From contig JAJFUK010000128.1 in the NCBI GenBank assembly GCA_021372435.1, positions 6,095 through 70,094 of the forward strand: a stretch of DNA of 64,000 nt. The letters run 5' to 3'. Shown one piece after another: positions 20,543 through 34,000 of this stretch. Under the pieces are notes generated by a model, which did not search any database, was not told the origin of the DNA, and worked only from the letters and a program-made list of their open reading frames with translations. Within the stretch, counting starts at the first letter, position 1, and the number at the start of each line of letters is the position of its first letter. The position numbers were made by a program, and so were the translations under genes. This DNA is from Actinomycetes bacterium. GTDB taxonomy: Bacteria > Actinomycetota > Thermoleophilia > RBG-16-64-13.

Positions 20543-21436
20543 ATGGCATCGCAGCGAGACATACGGCGCCGGATCGTCTCGGTCCAGAACACGAGAAAGA
20601 TCACCAAAGCCATGCAGATGGTGGCCGCGGCGCGCCTCCGGCGCGCCCAGATGCGCATCGAATCCACGCGGCCCTACGCTCTCAACATGCTCGAGTTCAT
20701 CGGCCAACTGGCTCGGTACCTGCAGGTCGACCTGAGCATGCACCCGCTGCTCAAGCCGCGCACTGAGATCAATAAAGTAGCGGTGATCGCTCTGACTGCC
20801 GACCGCGGGCTGTGCGGGGCGTTCAACTCCAACATAATCCGCCGGGCGCTCGATCTCGTCGACAGCTACACGGCCCAGGGCGTGGATTATGACCTGGTCG
20901 TCATGGGCCGCAAGGGCGTGGGCACGGTCCGGTTCCTCAAGAAGTACAGGCTCGACAAGGCCTATCTCGACGTGACGGAGCGCACGGCGTTCCTGGAGGC
21001 TCAGGCGCTGACCAACGGGGTCATCCGGCGCTACACGGCCGACGAGATCGACCGGGTGCACCTGGTCTTCAACCGTTTCAAGAGCCCGATGGAGCAGTTC
21101 GTCACCGATCAGGTGATACTGCCCATCCAGGAAGAGATCATGGGGCTCTATACCCCGACCGGTGCACGGGAGCACATGGACTTCTTGTTCGACCCTTCCC
21201 CGGAAGTCATCCTGGCCGACTTGCTCCCCTCGTATGTCGAGATCACGATCTACCGGGCGATCCTCGAGGGCATGGCCAGCGAGCATGGGGCCCGCATGAC
21301 CGCCATGCGCAACGCCTCCGAGGCGGCCGACGAGATGATCGACGATCTGACGCTGGCCATGAACCGGGCGCGGCAGTGGTCCATCACCCAGGAGATCCTG
21401 GAAGTGGTGGCAGGCGCGGACGCGCTCTCCGGATAG
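20543..21436 (+). CDS. atpG: F0F1 ATP synthase subunit gamma
   Basis: MASQRDIRRRIVSVQNTRKITKAMQMVAAARLRRAQ, typical gamma N-terminus. Confidence 0.9.
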   Translation: MASQRDIRRRIVSVQNTRKITKAMQMVAAARLRRAQMRIESTRPYALNMLEFIGQLARYLQVDLSMHPLLKPRTEINKVAVIALTADRGLCGAFNSNIIRRALDLVDSYTAQGVDYDLVVMGRKGVGTVRFLKKYRLDKAYLDVTERTAFLEAQALTNGVIRRYTADEIDRVHLVFNRFKSPMEQFVTDQVILPIQEEIMGLYTPTGAREHMDFLFDPSPEVILADLLPSYVEITIYRAILEGMASEHGARMTAMRNASEAADEMIDDLTLAMNRARQWSITQEILEVVAGADALSG

Positions 21437-21457
21437 CCGAGCCGGACACGACCCTGA

Positions 21458-22951
<1,494 letters not shown>

Positions 22952-22968
22952 AGCGAGCGAGGTAGGTC

Positions 22969-23415
22969 GTGGCCTCAGAGGAGAGCCTCCATCTTCGCCT
23001 GGAGCTGGTCGCTCCGGCCGGCCTGGTGTTCGAGGGGGATTGCGAGATGGTCGTGCTCCCGGCGGCCACCGGGGAGATCGGTATCCTGCCCCAGCACGCG
23101 CCGCTGGTGGCTCAGCTCAACATCGGCCGGCTGCGCGCGCTCAGGGCAGACGGCGAGTGGCTGACGTTCGCGGTGGCCGAGGGCTTCGCGAAGGTCCAGT
23201 TCAACAAGGTGATCGTACTCGCCGACGCGGCCGAAGAGGCTTCCCAGATAGACATCGAGCGCGTGCGCAGGTCGATAGAGCGGGCGACTCAGCGGTTGGA
23301 GATGTACCATCAGGGTACCGTGCCTGAAGGTGACTACGTCGATCCCTATCGAGAACAACTGGCGCTGCGCCGGGCGCGCAATCGCCTCAAAGTGGCCGGA
23401 GTGCCTGAGAAGTGA
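22969..23415 (+). CDS. atpC: F0F1 ATP synthase subunit epsilon
   Basis: LRLELVAPAGLVFEGDCEMVVLPAATGEIGILPQHAPL, epsilon beta-sandwich N-terminus. Confidence 0.85.
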   Translation: MASEESLHLRLELVAPAGLVFEGDCEMVVLPAATGEIGILPQHAPLVAQLNIGRLRALRADGEWLTFAVAEGFAKVQFNKVIVLADAAEEASQIDIERVRRSIERATQRLEMYHQGTVPEGDYVDPYREQLALRRARNRLKVAGVPEK

Positions 23416-24719
23416 CGTCGGATATCGCTGCGGGGGCTGCAGGTCCGCGGCTTGTTGTGTGTGGCGGCCGCCGGCTTGGTGGGCAGGTGGTCGTCTCGGG
23501 GGCGAAGAACTCCGCTCTCAAGCTCATGGCCGCGTCTCTTCTCGCGCCGGGCACCAGTGTGCTCCATAACGTCCCCGATATCCAGGACGTGCGCACCATG
23601 CAGGAGGTCCTGGAGTACCTGGGAGCGGTCGTGGAGTTCGTCGACGGCACGATGGCCGTGGATACCACCGCCGTGCAGTCGCACGTTGCTCCCTATGAGT
23701 TGGTGCAGCGCATGCGGGCCTCCATCCAGATCATGGGGCCGCTGGTGGCCCGCTTTGGGCATGCGCGCGTGGCCATGCCCGGCGGTTGTAATCTAGGACC
23801 CCGCAAGATCGACATCCATCTGCGCGGGCTGGCGGAGATGGGCGCAGTGGTCCGGTCCGATCACGGTTTCGTCGAAGTCACCGCGCCTAAGCTGCGTGCC
23901 GTCGACCTGTTCCTCGACTACCCCAGCGTGGGTGCGACCGAGAACCTGCTCATGGCCGCGGTGTTGGCCGAGGGGACCACCACACTCGAGAATGTCGCCC
24001 GCGAGCCCGAGATCGTCGATCTCTGCAAGTTCTTAATCAGCATGGGTGCGGACATCGACGGAGCAGGGAGCTCGACCATACGGGTGAACGGCGTGAAGGA
24101 GATGCGTCAGGCCGAGCACACCGTCCTTGGCGACCGTATCGAGGCGGGGACCTTCCTCATCGCCGGGGCCGCCACAGGCGGGGAGGTCGAGGTGGCCGGC
24201 ATCAGCCCGCACGTCCTCGACCTGTTCCTCTCCAAGCTTCGATCTGTCGGCGTACAGGTGCACGAAAGCCCTCACAGCATCCGGGTGAGCGGCGAACTGG
24301 GTTCTTACCGGGCCGTGGATGTGGCGACACTGCCCTACCCTGGTTTCCCCACCGATCTGCAGGCCCAGATGATGGTCCTTCTGTCGCTGGCCGAAGGGGT
24401 CTCGGTGGTGACGGAGAACGTCTTTGAGAACCGCTTCGGCTTCGTAGACGAACTGATCCGCCTGGGGGCCGAGATACGGGTCGACGGCAATCACGCGGTG
24501 GTCAGCGGTGGGCGGTCGTTCACCGGCGCCATCGTCCGGTGCCCCGATCTGCGGGCCGGCGCGGCTCTGGCGATAGCGGGGCTGGCGGCTGAAGGGAGCA
24601 CGGAGCTGCGTGACGTGCACCACATCGACCGCGGTTACGAGCGCTTTGAGGAAAAGCTCCGGGCTGTGGGCGCCGATGTCCAGAGGCTGGCGGCCGCAGA
24701 CGGAGGAAGGTGCGGCTGA
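23412..24719 (+). CDS. murA: UDP-N-acetylglucosamine 1-carboxyvinyltransferase
   Basis: [17 protein letters not shown]...EPT fold, 435 aa. Confidence 0.9.
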   Translation: MTSDIAAGAAGPRLVVCGGRRLGGQVVVSGAKNSALKLMAASLLAPGTSVLHNVPDIQDVRTMQEVLEYLGAVVEFVDGTMAVDTTAVQSHVAPYELVQRMRASIQIMGPLVARFGHARVAMPGGCNLGPRKIDIHLRGLAEMGAVVRSDHGFVEVTAPKLRAVDLFLDYPSVGATENLLMAAVLAEGTTTLENVAREPEIVDLCKFLISMGADIDGAGSSTIRVNGVKEMRQAEHTVLGDRIEAGTFLIAGAATGGEVEVAGISPHVLDLFLSKLRSVGVQVHESPHSIRVSGELGSYRAVDVATLPYPGFPTDLQAQMMVLLSLAEGVSVVTENVFENRFGFVDELIRLGAEIRVDGNHAVVSGGRSFTGAIVRCPDLRAGAALAIAGLAAEGSTELRDVHHIDRGYERFEEKLRAVGADVQRLAAADGGRCG

Positions 24720-24954
24720 GGCTGCCAAGAGGCCCCGTCTTGACGCCGGTGCGCTCCGGGGCCCGAAGCCCTGTTCCTGGGCAGTCCGCTGAGTCGTCTT
24801 TGGTCTGACGCCGAGTCCGCGCTAAAATCCCTCATCGGTCTGCGAGGGGAGCACGGTACTGAACGACAAGCCTTACACCGTCTACACGGTCGATAAGCTG
24901 AGAAGACGCCGGCTTCGCCGCGTCGTAGCGGGGTCGGTCGTCGGACTGCTGGTT

Positions 24955-26382
24955 GTGGTCGGGGCGGTCCTGGGCGGGGTCTATCTCTGGCTCAATTCTC
25001 AGGTGGCGGGCACGCACCCCACGGATCCCGGTCTGGGAAGCGTTCTCAGCTCGACGCCGGCCGGCGCCATCGGGTCGCCGACCGGCATGGACATCCTCGT
25101 GCTGGGCTGCGATAAACACCCGGACAACGCCGGCGAAGAGACCCGCTCGGACACCCTGATACTCGTGCACGCCGATCCCGACGAGAACTACCTATCGATC
25201 CTGTCGCTCCCGCGCGACCTGCGGGTGGAAATCCCGGGGCAGGGCCTCCAGAAGCTGAACGCCGCTTACGCTTTTGGCGGGACGGAGCTCGCTGTGAAGA
25301 CGGTGGAGGAGCTGACCAAGATCGACATCACCGAGTATGTGGAGGTCGACTTCCAAGCGTTCAGTGACATGACCGACGCATTGGGCGGGGTCTACATCGA
25401 CGTCGACCGGCGCTACTACAACGACGACGCGGGCTCCGACTACGAGCTGATCAAGATCTCACCGGGATACCAGTTGCTCAACGGCGCCGACGCCCTCGAC
25501 TACGTGCGCTTCCGGCATGACCTCAACTACGACTTCGGGCGCATGGATAGGCAACAACGGTTCCTGACCGCCCTGCGGGAGCAGGCAATGGACTGGAATC
25601 TGGTCCTCGATCTTCCCGGGCTGGTCGATGCCCTCTTCGACAATCTGGTCACCACTCTGGGGACCAACGACATCATCCGTCTCGCCTACTGGGGAGTGGC
25701 CGGACTGAGCGGTGACCGGATCCGGCAGGTCAGCATCACCGGCGACATCCGCGAAGTGGATGGGGTGTCCTACGTCATCCCTGAAGAGGGAGCGGTGGGG
25801 GAGGCGGTTGAGAAGCTCTTGACGCCTCCAAGCGCTCCCGGTAGCTCGGAGACTACCGGATCGTCCATGGGCGGCGAGACAACGACCACGGCCATCGACG
25901 GGTCGGAGTTCATCACCGATCCCGATGCGGTCCCGAACAGCCGCTTGTGGAAGCAGTTCGCCGCCGCGGCGCCTTTCCCGGTCAGGGCCCCGGGTTACCT
26001 GCCTGAGGGATATGCCTATGTGGACAGCAACCCGGATAGACGGAACCCAGGCGTGTACGACATCGAGGGGGGTGAAGGGGGCAAGCCTGGGATCAAGATG
26101 GTCTACCAATTCACCCGCGATGGTGAGCCTTTAGACCAGTATCTGGGGATCATGGAGACCACCTGGGTGGAAGCTCCGGCGGCCGGTGAGGGGAGGGAAT
26201 TGAAGAAGGACGGCATAACCTACACGATCGTGGGAACCAGTCATAACACTGATCGTGTCTGGTGGGTACAGGACGGTGTCCTGTATTGGGTGTCGAACAC
26301 ACTGTCGTACTACTTGAACTCGACCGAACTACTGAAGGTGGCCCAATCGATGATCGTGATACCCGGCGGAGCGACCGACTGA
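24955..26382 (+). CDS. LCP (LytR-CpsA-Psr) family cell-wall glycopolymer transferase, copy 1; the N-terminal region appears frameshifted (the conserved LNDKPYTVYTVDKL peptide sits in the +2 frame upstream, 24858-24899)
   Basis: LCP motifs DILVLGCDKH...RSDTLILVHADPDENYLSILSLPRDLRVEIPG...LNAAYAFGG. Conserved C-terminal domain shared with copy 2. See finding on the frameshift. Confidence 0.7.
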   Translation: MVGAVLGGVYLWLNSQVAGTHPTDPGLGSVLSSTPAGAIGSPTGMDILVLGCDKHPDNAGEETRSDTLILVHADPDENYLSILSLPRDLRVEIPGQGLQKLNAAYAFGGTELAVKTVEELTKIDITEYVEVDFQAFSDMTDALGGVYIDVDRRYYNDDAGSDYELIKISPGYQLLNGADALDYVRFRHDLNYDFGRMDRQQRFLTALREQAMDWNLVLDLPGLVDALFDNLVTTLGTNDIIRLAYWGVAGLSGDRIRQVSITGDIREVDGVSYVIPEEGAVGEAVEKLLTPPSAPGSSETTGSSMGGETTTTAIDGSEFITDPDAVPNSRLWKQFAAAAPFPVRAPGYLPEGYAYVDSNPDRRNPGVYDIEGGEGGKPGIKMVYQFTRDGEPLDQYLGIMETTWVEAPAAGEGRELKKDGITYTIVGTSHNTDRVWWVQDGVLYWVSNTLSYYLNSTELLKVAQSMIVIPGGATD

Positions 26383-28178
26383 ACGGCAAACCCTATACTC
26401 TCTATGAAGTCGAGGGGGGATCCGGAGGGCGCTGGAAACGTGTCGTCGTCTGGACGCTCGTCGGTCTGGTGGTGCTGGTGCTGTGCGCGGGCGGCGCCGC
26501 CTACGCATGGTTCCACCAGCAGGTCTCTGGAGCCAACGACCGTGTAAGCCCCGAGATCCGGGTGGCCCTCACCGCAGAGCCGAGCACCACCCTCGTGCCG
26601 GCGGTCGAGGTCCCTGAGTCGCCTTCGGCCATGAACCTGCTGGTTCTGGGGTCTGATCACCGGGAGGGGGAAGACGACGAACCCAGCCGCTCCGACACCA
26701 TCATCCTGGTGCACGTCGATCCCGGCCAGGACTATCTATCGCTGCTGTCGCTGCCCCGCGATTTCCGGGTGGATATTCCGGGCTATGGGTTGAACAAGCT
26801 TAACTACGCGTTCGCGGTCGGCGGAGCGGCGCTCACGATAAAGACGGTGGAGCAGGTCACAGGCGTCGACATCGACCACTACATAGAGGTCGATTTCAAG
26901 GCCTTCCGCGATATCGTCGATTCACTGGGCGGAGTGTACGTGGACGTCGACCGGCGGTACTACAACGACAACCCCGCATACGAGCTGATCAAGCTGGCCC
27001 CGGGCTATCAGCTCCTGCATGGCGAAGACGCACTCGACTACGTCCGCTTCCGCCATGACCTCAATCTGGACTTCGGGCGGATGGAGCGTCAGCAGACCTT
27101 CCTGAGCGCTGTGAAGGAGCAGGCCATGGGCTGGGATCTGCCTTTCAGACTGCCGGGGCTGGTGACCTCCCTCTTTTCGAATGTCGCCACCGACCTGGGG
27201 GCCAATGAGATCCTGAAGCTGGCCTATTGGGCGGTCGGGTTGAGCGGAGAGAACATCCGCCGCATCGCCTTGACCGGGGCGGCCGATGAACTCGATGGGA
27301 TCGCATACGTATTCGTCGACGATGAAGCCCTCACAGAGGCGGTGGCGGACTTTCTGACGGCCTCGCGGGAGAGCGCTGCGGCGTCGACCGGGGCGTCCGG
27401 TCCTTCGTCGACCACGACGACCGCCGGAGTCGTTCCGGAGCTCGACGGCATCGAGGTCGATGTGCTCAACGCCAACGGCCGGAAGGGGGAAGCCGCCGCT
27501 GCCGGAGAACTCCTCGGCCGTCTGGGAGCGACGGTCGTGACGGTGGCCAACGCCGGCCGGCAGGCGCCGGAGACCTCGGTGGAATACCCTTCAGGGATGT
27601 CGGAGGAAGCCGAGCAGGTGGCCGCGGCGCTCGGCGTCGACGCCTTAGAGCGGAACGCCTCGCTCGAACGGGTGACCGTCGTCCTCGGTGAGGATTTCGT
27701 TCTTGCCGGCGATCATGCGCTCCCCCCCAGCCCGGACAACATCCCGTCCGCCGGCGGCTGGAAGAAGATCGCTCAGATGGTCCCGTATGCGGTCAGAGCT
27801 CCCGCCTACCTGCCCGACGGATACTTCTTCGTCGAACGGATGCCGCCCACCGGGGCCACCTACGACATCGAGGTGGACGGAGGGACCAAGCCGGCCTTCA
27901 AGATGCTGTACCGCCTGAAAGAGAACGGCCGGTGGACCGACCAGTACATGGGCATCACCGAGACGACTTGGCATGACGCACCGGCGGCCTGCGAAGGCAG
28001 GGAGGTGCGGCACGACGGGGTCACTTACACCATAGTGGGGAGCAGGGACAAAGTGGAGCGCATCTGGTGGAAGGCCGACGGGGTGCTCTACTGGGTCTCG
28101 AACACCCTCTCTCATCTGCTGAGCGAGGCGGAACTTCTGGCGGTGGCCCAATCGATGATCTACATCCCGGCTGAATGA
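26262..28178 (+). CDS. LCP (LytR-CpsA-Psr) family protein, copy 2 (true start probably near 26379, not the ORF-track start)
   Basis: NLLVLGSDHREGEDDEPSRSDTIILVHVDPGQDYLSLLSLPRDFRVDIPGYGLNKLNYAFAVGG. N-terminal LNGKPYTLYEV + TM helix. C-terminal domain paralogous to copy 1. Confidence 0.7.
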   Translation: MGTGRCPVLGVEHTVVLLELDRTTEGGPIDDRDTRRSDRLNGKPYTLYEVEGGSGGRWKRVVVWTLVGLVVLVLCAGGAAYAWFHQQVSGANDRVSPEIRVALTAEPSTTLVPAVEVPESPSAMNLLVLGSDHREGEDDEPSRSDTIILVHVDPGQDYLSLLSLPRDFRVDIPGYGLNKLNYAFAVGGAALTIKTVEQVTGVDIDHYIEVDFKAFRDIVDSLGGVYVDVDRRYYNDNPAYELIKLAPGYQLLHGEDALDYVRFRHDLNLDFGRMERQQTFLSAVKEQAMGWDLPFRLPGLVTSLFSNVATDLGANEILKLAYWAVGLSGENIRRIALTGAADELDGIAYVFVDDEALTEAVADFLTASRESAAASTGASGPSSTTTTAGVVPELDGIEVDVLNANGRKGEAAAAGELLGRLGATVVTVANAGRQAPETSVEYPSGMSEEAEQVAAALGVDALERNASLERVTVVLGEDFVLAGDHALPPSPDNIPSAGGWKKIAQMVPYAVRAPAYLPDGYFFVERMPPTGATYDIEVDGGTKPAFKMLYRLKENGRWTDQYMGITETTWHDAPAACEGREVRHDGVTYTIVGSRDKVERIWWKADGVLYWVSNTLSHLLSEAELLAVAQSMIYIPAE

Positions 28179-28858
28179 GGGTCCTGGTAGGTCCGCGTAC
28201 GGATCCGGAGCGCGACCCGTCTGCGGCCGCCGCGGCTATCGCGCTGGCAGGTCCCGACGGAGAGGTCGTGTCCCTTCGGGAGCGGGGTGTCCGCACCCTG
28301 TCTCGCTGCTTGAGCCAAGCGGAGGTGGCTCTGTTGCGTGAAGCCCTGCGCGGGGGGGCCGGACAGGTGGCGGCCGCACGGGCGGACGGGTGGACGGGGG
28401 GCGCACAGACCGGGGGTGAACGGCCCGCCTGCGCCCAGCGGGCGCTTGTAGGCTACCTGTGCCGGGGCGCTCTGCTGCCCCCAGGTGCGGCTCCGCGGGC
28501 CGCCGGCGTGGCGGCCGACCGGGGACTCCGCCTGGTGGCGGTGACCGATCATGCCGATCTTACCTGGCGCTCGCCACTGGCAGGACCGAACGACGCCTCC
28601 GCCGGTCCTCGGTTCCCCAGCATGACGGGGATCTACTGTCCTCAGACCGTGTGGGACCGCGTGGCTGCGGTCGAAGGTATGATAGTAGTATGCGGCGTGG
28701 TGGCCGGGGTCCGTGATGACGCCCGGCCGACCGCCTATGAGGTCGAGATGGCCGTCGCGCAGGGACACGCGGCGGTCAGTTCTGAATTGGTGCCGGTGGC
28801 CATCGTGGCGGCTCATCTGGGTCTACGCATCGCCGCTGTGCTGGTAGCAGGGACATAG
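28175..28858 (+). CDS. Hypothetical protein; C-terminus faintly resembles the PNP/MTA-nucleosidase family
   Basis: 227-aa ORF. C-terminal VVCGVVAGVRDDARPTAYEVEMAVAQGHAAVSSELVPVAIVAAHLG is reminiscent of the ...ISD.A... region of PNP_UDP_1 enzymes. Sits upstream of ahcY-mtnA. Weak. Confidence 0.3.
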   Translation: MRVLVGPRTDPERDPSAAAAAIALAGPDGEVVSLRERGVRTLSRCLSQAEVALLREALRGGAGQVAAARADGWTGGAQTGGERPACAQRALVGYLCRGALLPPGAAPRAAGVAADRGLRLVAVTDHADLTWRSPLAGPNDASAGPRFPSMTGIYCPQTVWDRVAAVEGMIVVCGVVAGVRDDARPTAYEVEMAVAQGHAAVSSELVPVAIVAAHLGLRIAAVLVAGT

Positions 28859-31265
<2,407 letters not shown>

Positions 31266-31269
<4 letters not shown>

Positions 31270-32279
31270 GAGTCATGATCATGGCCGCCGGGATCGGTAC
31301 GAGACTCCGTCCACTGACCGATCTCGTGCCCAAGCCGATGGCGCCCATCGTCAATAGACCGGCCCTCTATCACATCCTGCGCCTGCTCAGCCGCCACGGT
31401 TTCCGCGAGGTGATCATCAACCTGCACCACCTTCCCGAGGCCATCACCGGCTATTTCGGCGATGGTAACGGAATGGGCATGGAGATCAGGTACTCCTTCG
31501 AGCCGGACCTGCTGGGCACGGCCGGCGGCGTGAGGAACAATGCTTCCTTCCTCGAATCCGGCACGTTTCTGGTGGTGAGCGGTGACGCGCTCACCGACAT
31601 CGACCTGACCGGACTCGTGGCAGCTCATCGGCGGTATGGCTCCATCGCGACTCTTGCGGTCAAAGAAGTCGCCGATCCCAGCCTCTACGGGGTGGTCGTC
31701 ACCGACGACGAAGACCGCGTGGTCGGGTTCCAGGAGAAGCCCTCGCTCGAAGAGGCCCGTTCGCGTCTCTGCAACTGCGGGATATATGTCTTCGAGCCGG
31801 AGATCTTGGCCCACATCCTTCCGAGCGGATTCGACGACTTCGGACGGCGGGTCTTCCCCGACCTGCTCCGGCACGGTATCCGCTTCCAGGCCCATGCGGT
31901 CGGAGGCTACTGGAGCGATGTGGGTAATCTGCATGAGTACATCAAGGGTAACGGCGATGCACTCGCGGGAAGGGTCGACGTCGAGATACCCGGGCAGGAA
32001 GTCCGTCCCGGGCTTTGGATGGAAGAGGGAGTCACCGTGGCCTCTTCCGCGCGCATGGAACCTCCGGTGGCCATCGGAGAAGGCAGTCTGATTGGCGAAG
32101 ACGCGGTCGTCGAAGGCCCATGCGTCATCGGTGACGGGTGCATCGTAGGGGCGGGGGCGCACATCGTCCGGACCCTGGTGCTCCGGCGCGCGCACATCTC
32201 TCCAGGGGCTGTGGTGGTCGACGGGATCATCGGGCAGAGGACGGGGCGGTTCGACAATGAGCCCCAAGGACTTGTCTGA
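31266..32279 (+). CDS. NDP-sugar pyrophosphorylase (NTP_transferase domain + C-terminal left-handed beta-helix; GMPP/RmlA-like)
   Basis: MIMAAGIGTRLRPLTDLVPKPMAPIVNRPALYHIL...GTAGGV, C-terminal hexapeptide repeats. Confidence 0.7.
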
Positions 32280-32280
32280 A

Positions 32281-32431
32281 GATGAAGCTCCGCCGCCAGG
32301 GACGAGCCGGGCGAGCGCGAGAGGAGGACGCAGAGAGCGTGAATAGCGCTATTCGCGCGACCGAGGACGCGCTGTCGCGCCGTCCGGGGCGCACTGGGCG
32401 GCCGCGGCTTCATCTTGAAACGAGTAGTAAG
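32281..32431. repeat. MITE-like palindromic repeat, copy A (slightly degenerate termini)
   Basis: gatgaagctccgccgccagggacgagc...gcactgggcggccgcggcttcatcttgaaacgagtagtaag is homologous to the copies at 47.6, 48.6 and 51.2 kb. It falsely extends the comF ORF. Confidence 0.55.
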
Positions 32432-32494
32432 TCGACAATCCGCGCCTTCGAGGGCAGGCGCTCGCCGGGCCGCCCGCCCGACGCGGTCCGCCTC

Positions 32495-33256
32495 ATGCAC
32501 TGGTGGCAGACATCTTTCGCCGAGCCTGTACTCTCGGTCCTCTTCCCTCCGCGGTGCGTCGGTTGCGGCGACTTCGAGTCGCACATCTGTCCCACGTGCC
32601 GCGCCACCCTCGAAGCGATCGGTCCGGACTGCTGCCCCCGGTGCGGTGAACCCGGACCGGTGCCCTTGGTCGACGGGCGCTGCGTCTCCTGCATGGGCAC
32701 AGAGGTGGCGTACGCCGGGGCGCGGGCGGCGTTCGTCCACCGGGGCGTAGCCCGCCGGATGGTGGCGGAATTCAAATTCGGCGGGCATCCGGTATTGGGT
32801 CGCGTCATGGCCGAACTGGCATGGCCGGCGCTGTCCGGCTATCTCTCCCTCATTGCTCCTGATGAGTCCGTCTTCGTCACGTGGGTGCCGTGCCACCGCA
32901 CTGCCCGGCGGAAACGCGGGTACAACCAGGCGGAGGTGCTTGCCAAAGCGCTTGCCTCGGGGCGGCGTCCCTTGGCGCACGGGGGCTTGGCCCGCAAGTG
33001 CACGGCGACGAAGCATCAAAAGGGACTGGGCCGGGCGGACCGCCAAGCCAACCTTCGGGGCGCTTTCGAAGTCGAGGAGGCGGCAGTCCGCCGGATACCG
33101 CCGCGCATCCGGGCCTTGGTGCTCGTCGACGACGTCTACACCACGGGGGCGACGGCGAGGGAGGTATCATCCGTCCTGGGTGCCGGCACGGGCCTGCCGG
33201 TGTACGTGTTCACCTTTTCCCGGGCCGTCAGCAGCGCGACCGAAAGGCACGATTGA
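32495..33256 (+). CDS. comF: ComF family protein (zinc-finger + phosphoribosyltransferase domain)
   Basis: Start MHWWQ. Double zinc-finger CVGCGDFESHICPTCRA...CCPRCGEP. PRTase motif LVLVDDVYTTGATAREV. Confidence 0.7.
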   Translation: MHWWQTSFAEPVLSVLFPPRCVGCGDFESHICPTCRATLEAIGPDCCPRCGEPGPVPLVDGRCVSCMGTEVAYAGARAAFVHRGVARRMVAEFKFGGHPVLGRVMAELAWPALSGYLSLIAPDESVFVTWVPCHRTARRKRGYNQAEVLAKALASGRRPLAHGGLARKCTATKHQKGLGRADRQANLRGAFEVEEAAVRRIPPRIRALVLVDDVYTTGATAREVSSVLGAGTGLPVYVFTFSRAVSSATERHD

Positions 33257-33359
33257 AGGAGGTATGTGGTATCTTGACCGCTCCGCGAATGGACGCGAAG
33301 CCCCGGTTATCCGGGTATTCACAGTGGGATCGTACGACGAATCAAGGAGCAGGACCGGC

Positions 33360-33938
33360 GTGAACCTCACGGTCAAAGGCAGGAATCTGGTTCTAACCGA
33401 CGCCATCAGCAGGTATGCTGAGGAGAAGTTGGGCAGGTTGGGCAAGTACGTTGCCAACGGGACCCGGTGCGAGGTCGAGTTGTGGACCGAGAAGAACCCC
33501 AGCATAGCCGACAACCAGGTTGTGGAAGTCACCATCTTCACCAAGGGACCGGTGATCAGAGCCAGGGAAGCGTCGCCCGACATCTACGCCTCCATAGACC
33601 TGGTCTTCGCCAAGTTGGAGCGCCAGGTCAAGAAGTACAGGGGCAAGCTCGTGTCCCGCTACCAGGGTGCTCGTAAGGAGGCTAAAGAAGCAGCTTTGGC
33701 CTCCGAAGGCTTCAACATCTCTGAGGAGGCCGAGGAGCCCGAAGCTGAGACTCCCTCCCCGACGATCGTCAAGACCAAGCAGTTCATGACCAAGCCTATG
33801 ACGCCCGAAGAGGCCTGTCTCCAACTGGAATTGGTGGGCCACGACTTTTTCGTCTTCACGAACTCCGAGACCAACGAGACGGCGGTGGTCTACCGCCGCC
33901 GTGACGGCAATTACGGACTTATCGAAGCTCAGAGCTAG
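33360..33938 (+). CDS. hpf: Ribosome hibernation promoting factor, long form
   Basis: VNLTVKGRNLVLTDAISRYAEEKLGRLGKY... plus C-terminal dimerisation domain ...PMTPEEACLQLELVGHDFFVFTNSETNETAVVYRRRDGNYGLIE. Alternative ATG at 33265 with a strong AAGGAGG RBS would add 32 aa. Confidence 0.8.
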   Translation: MNLTVKGRNLVLTDAISRYAEEKLGRLGKYVANGTRCEVELWTEKNPSIADNQVVEVTIFTKGPVIRAREASPDIYASIDLVFAKLERQVKKYRGKLVSRYQGARKEAKEAALASEGFNISEEAEEPEAETPSPTIVKTKQFMTKPMTPEEACLQLELVGHDFFVFTNSETNETAVVYRRRDGNYGLIEAQS

Positions 33939-34000
33939 AGTCCGGCCGGGGGACGGTCTGCCGCCCGTCCCGGGCCGACCCTGCCTGAGAGGCGCGGTAG

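Noticed and set aside
28175-28858. Calling the 227-aa ORF an MTA/SAH nucleosidase or MTA phosphorylase (mtnN/mtnP)
   Set aside because: Only a short C-terminal resemblance exists. The N-terminus lacks the glycine-rich phosphate/ribose-binding motifs. It is kept as hypothetical with a note
32282-32494. N-terminal 71 codons of the ORF-track comF call (MKLRRQGRAGRAREEDAE...)
   Set aside because: This stretch is repeat copy A read in frame. The ComF zinc-finger begins at MHWWQ (32495)
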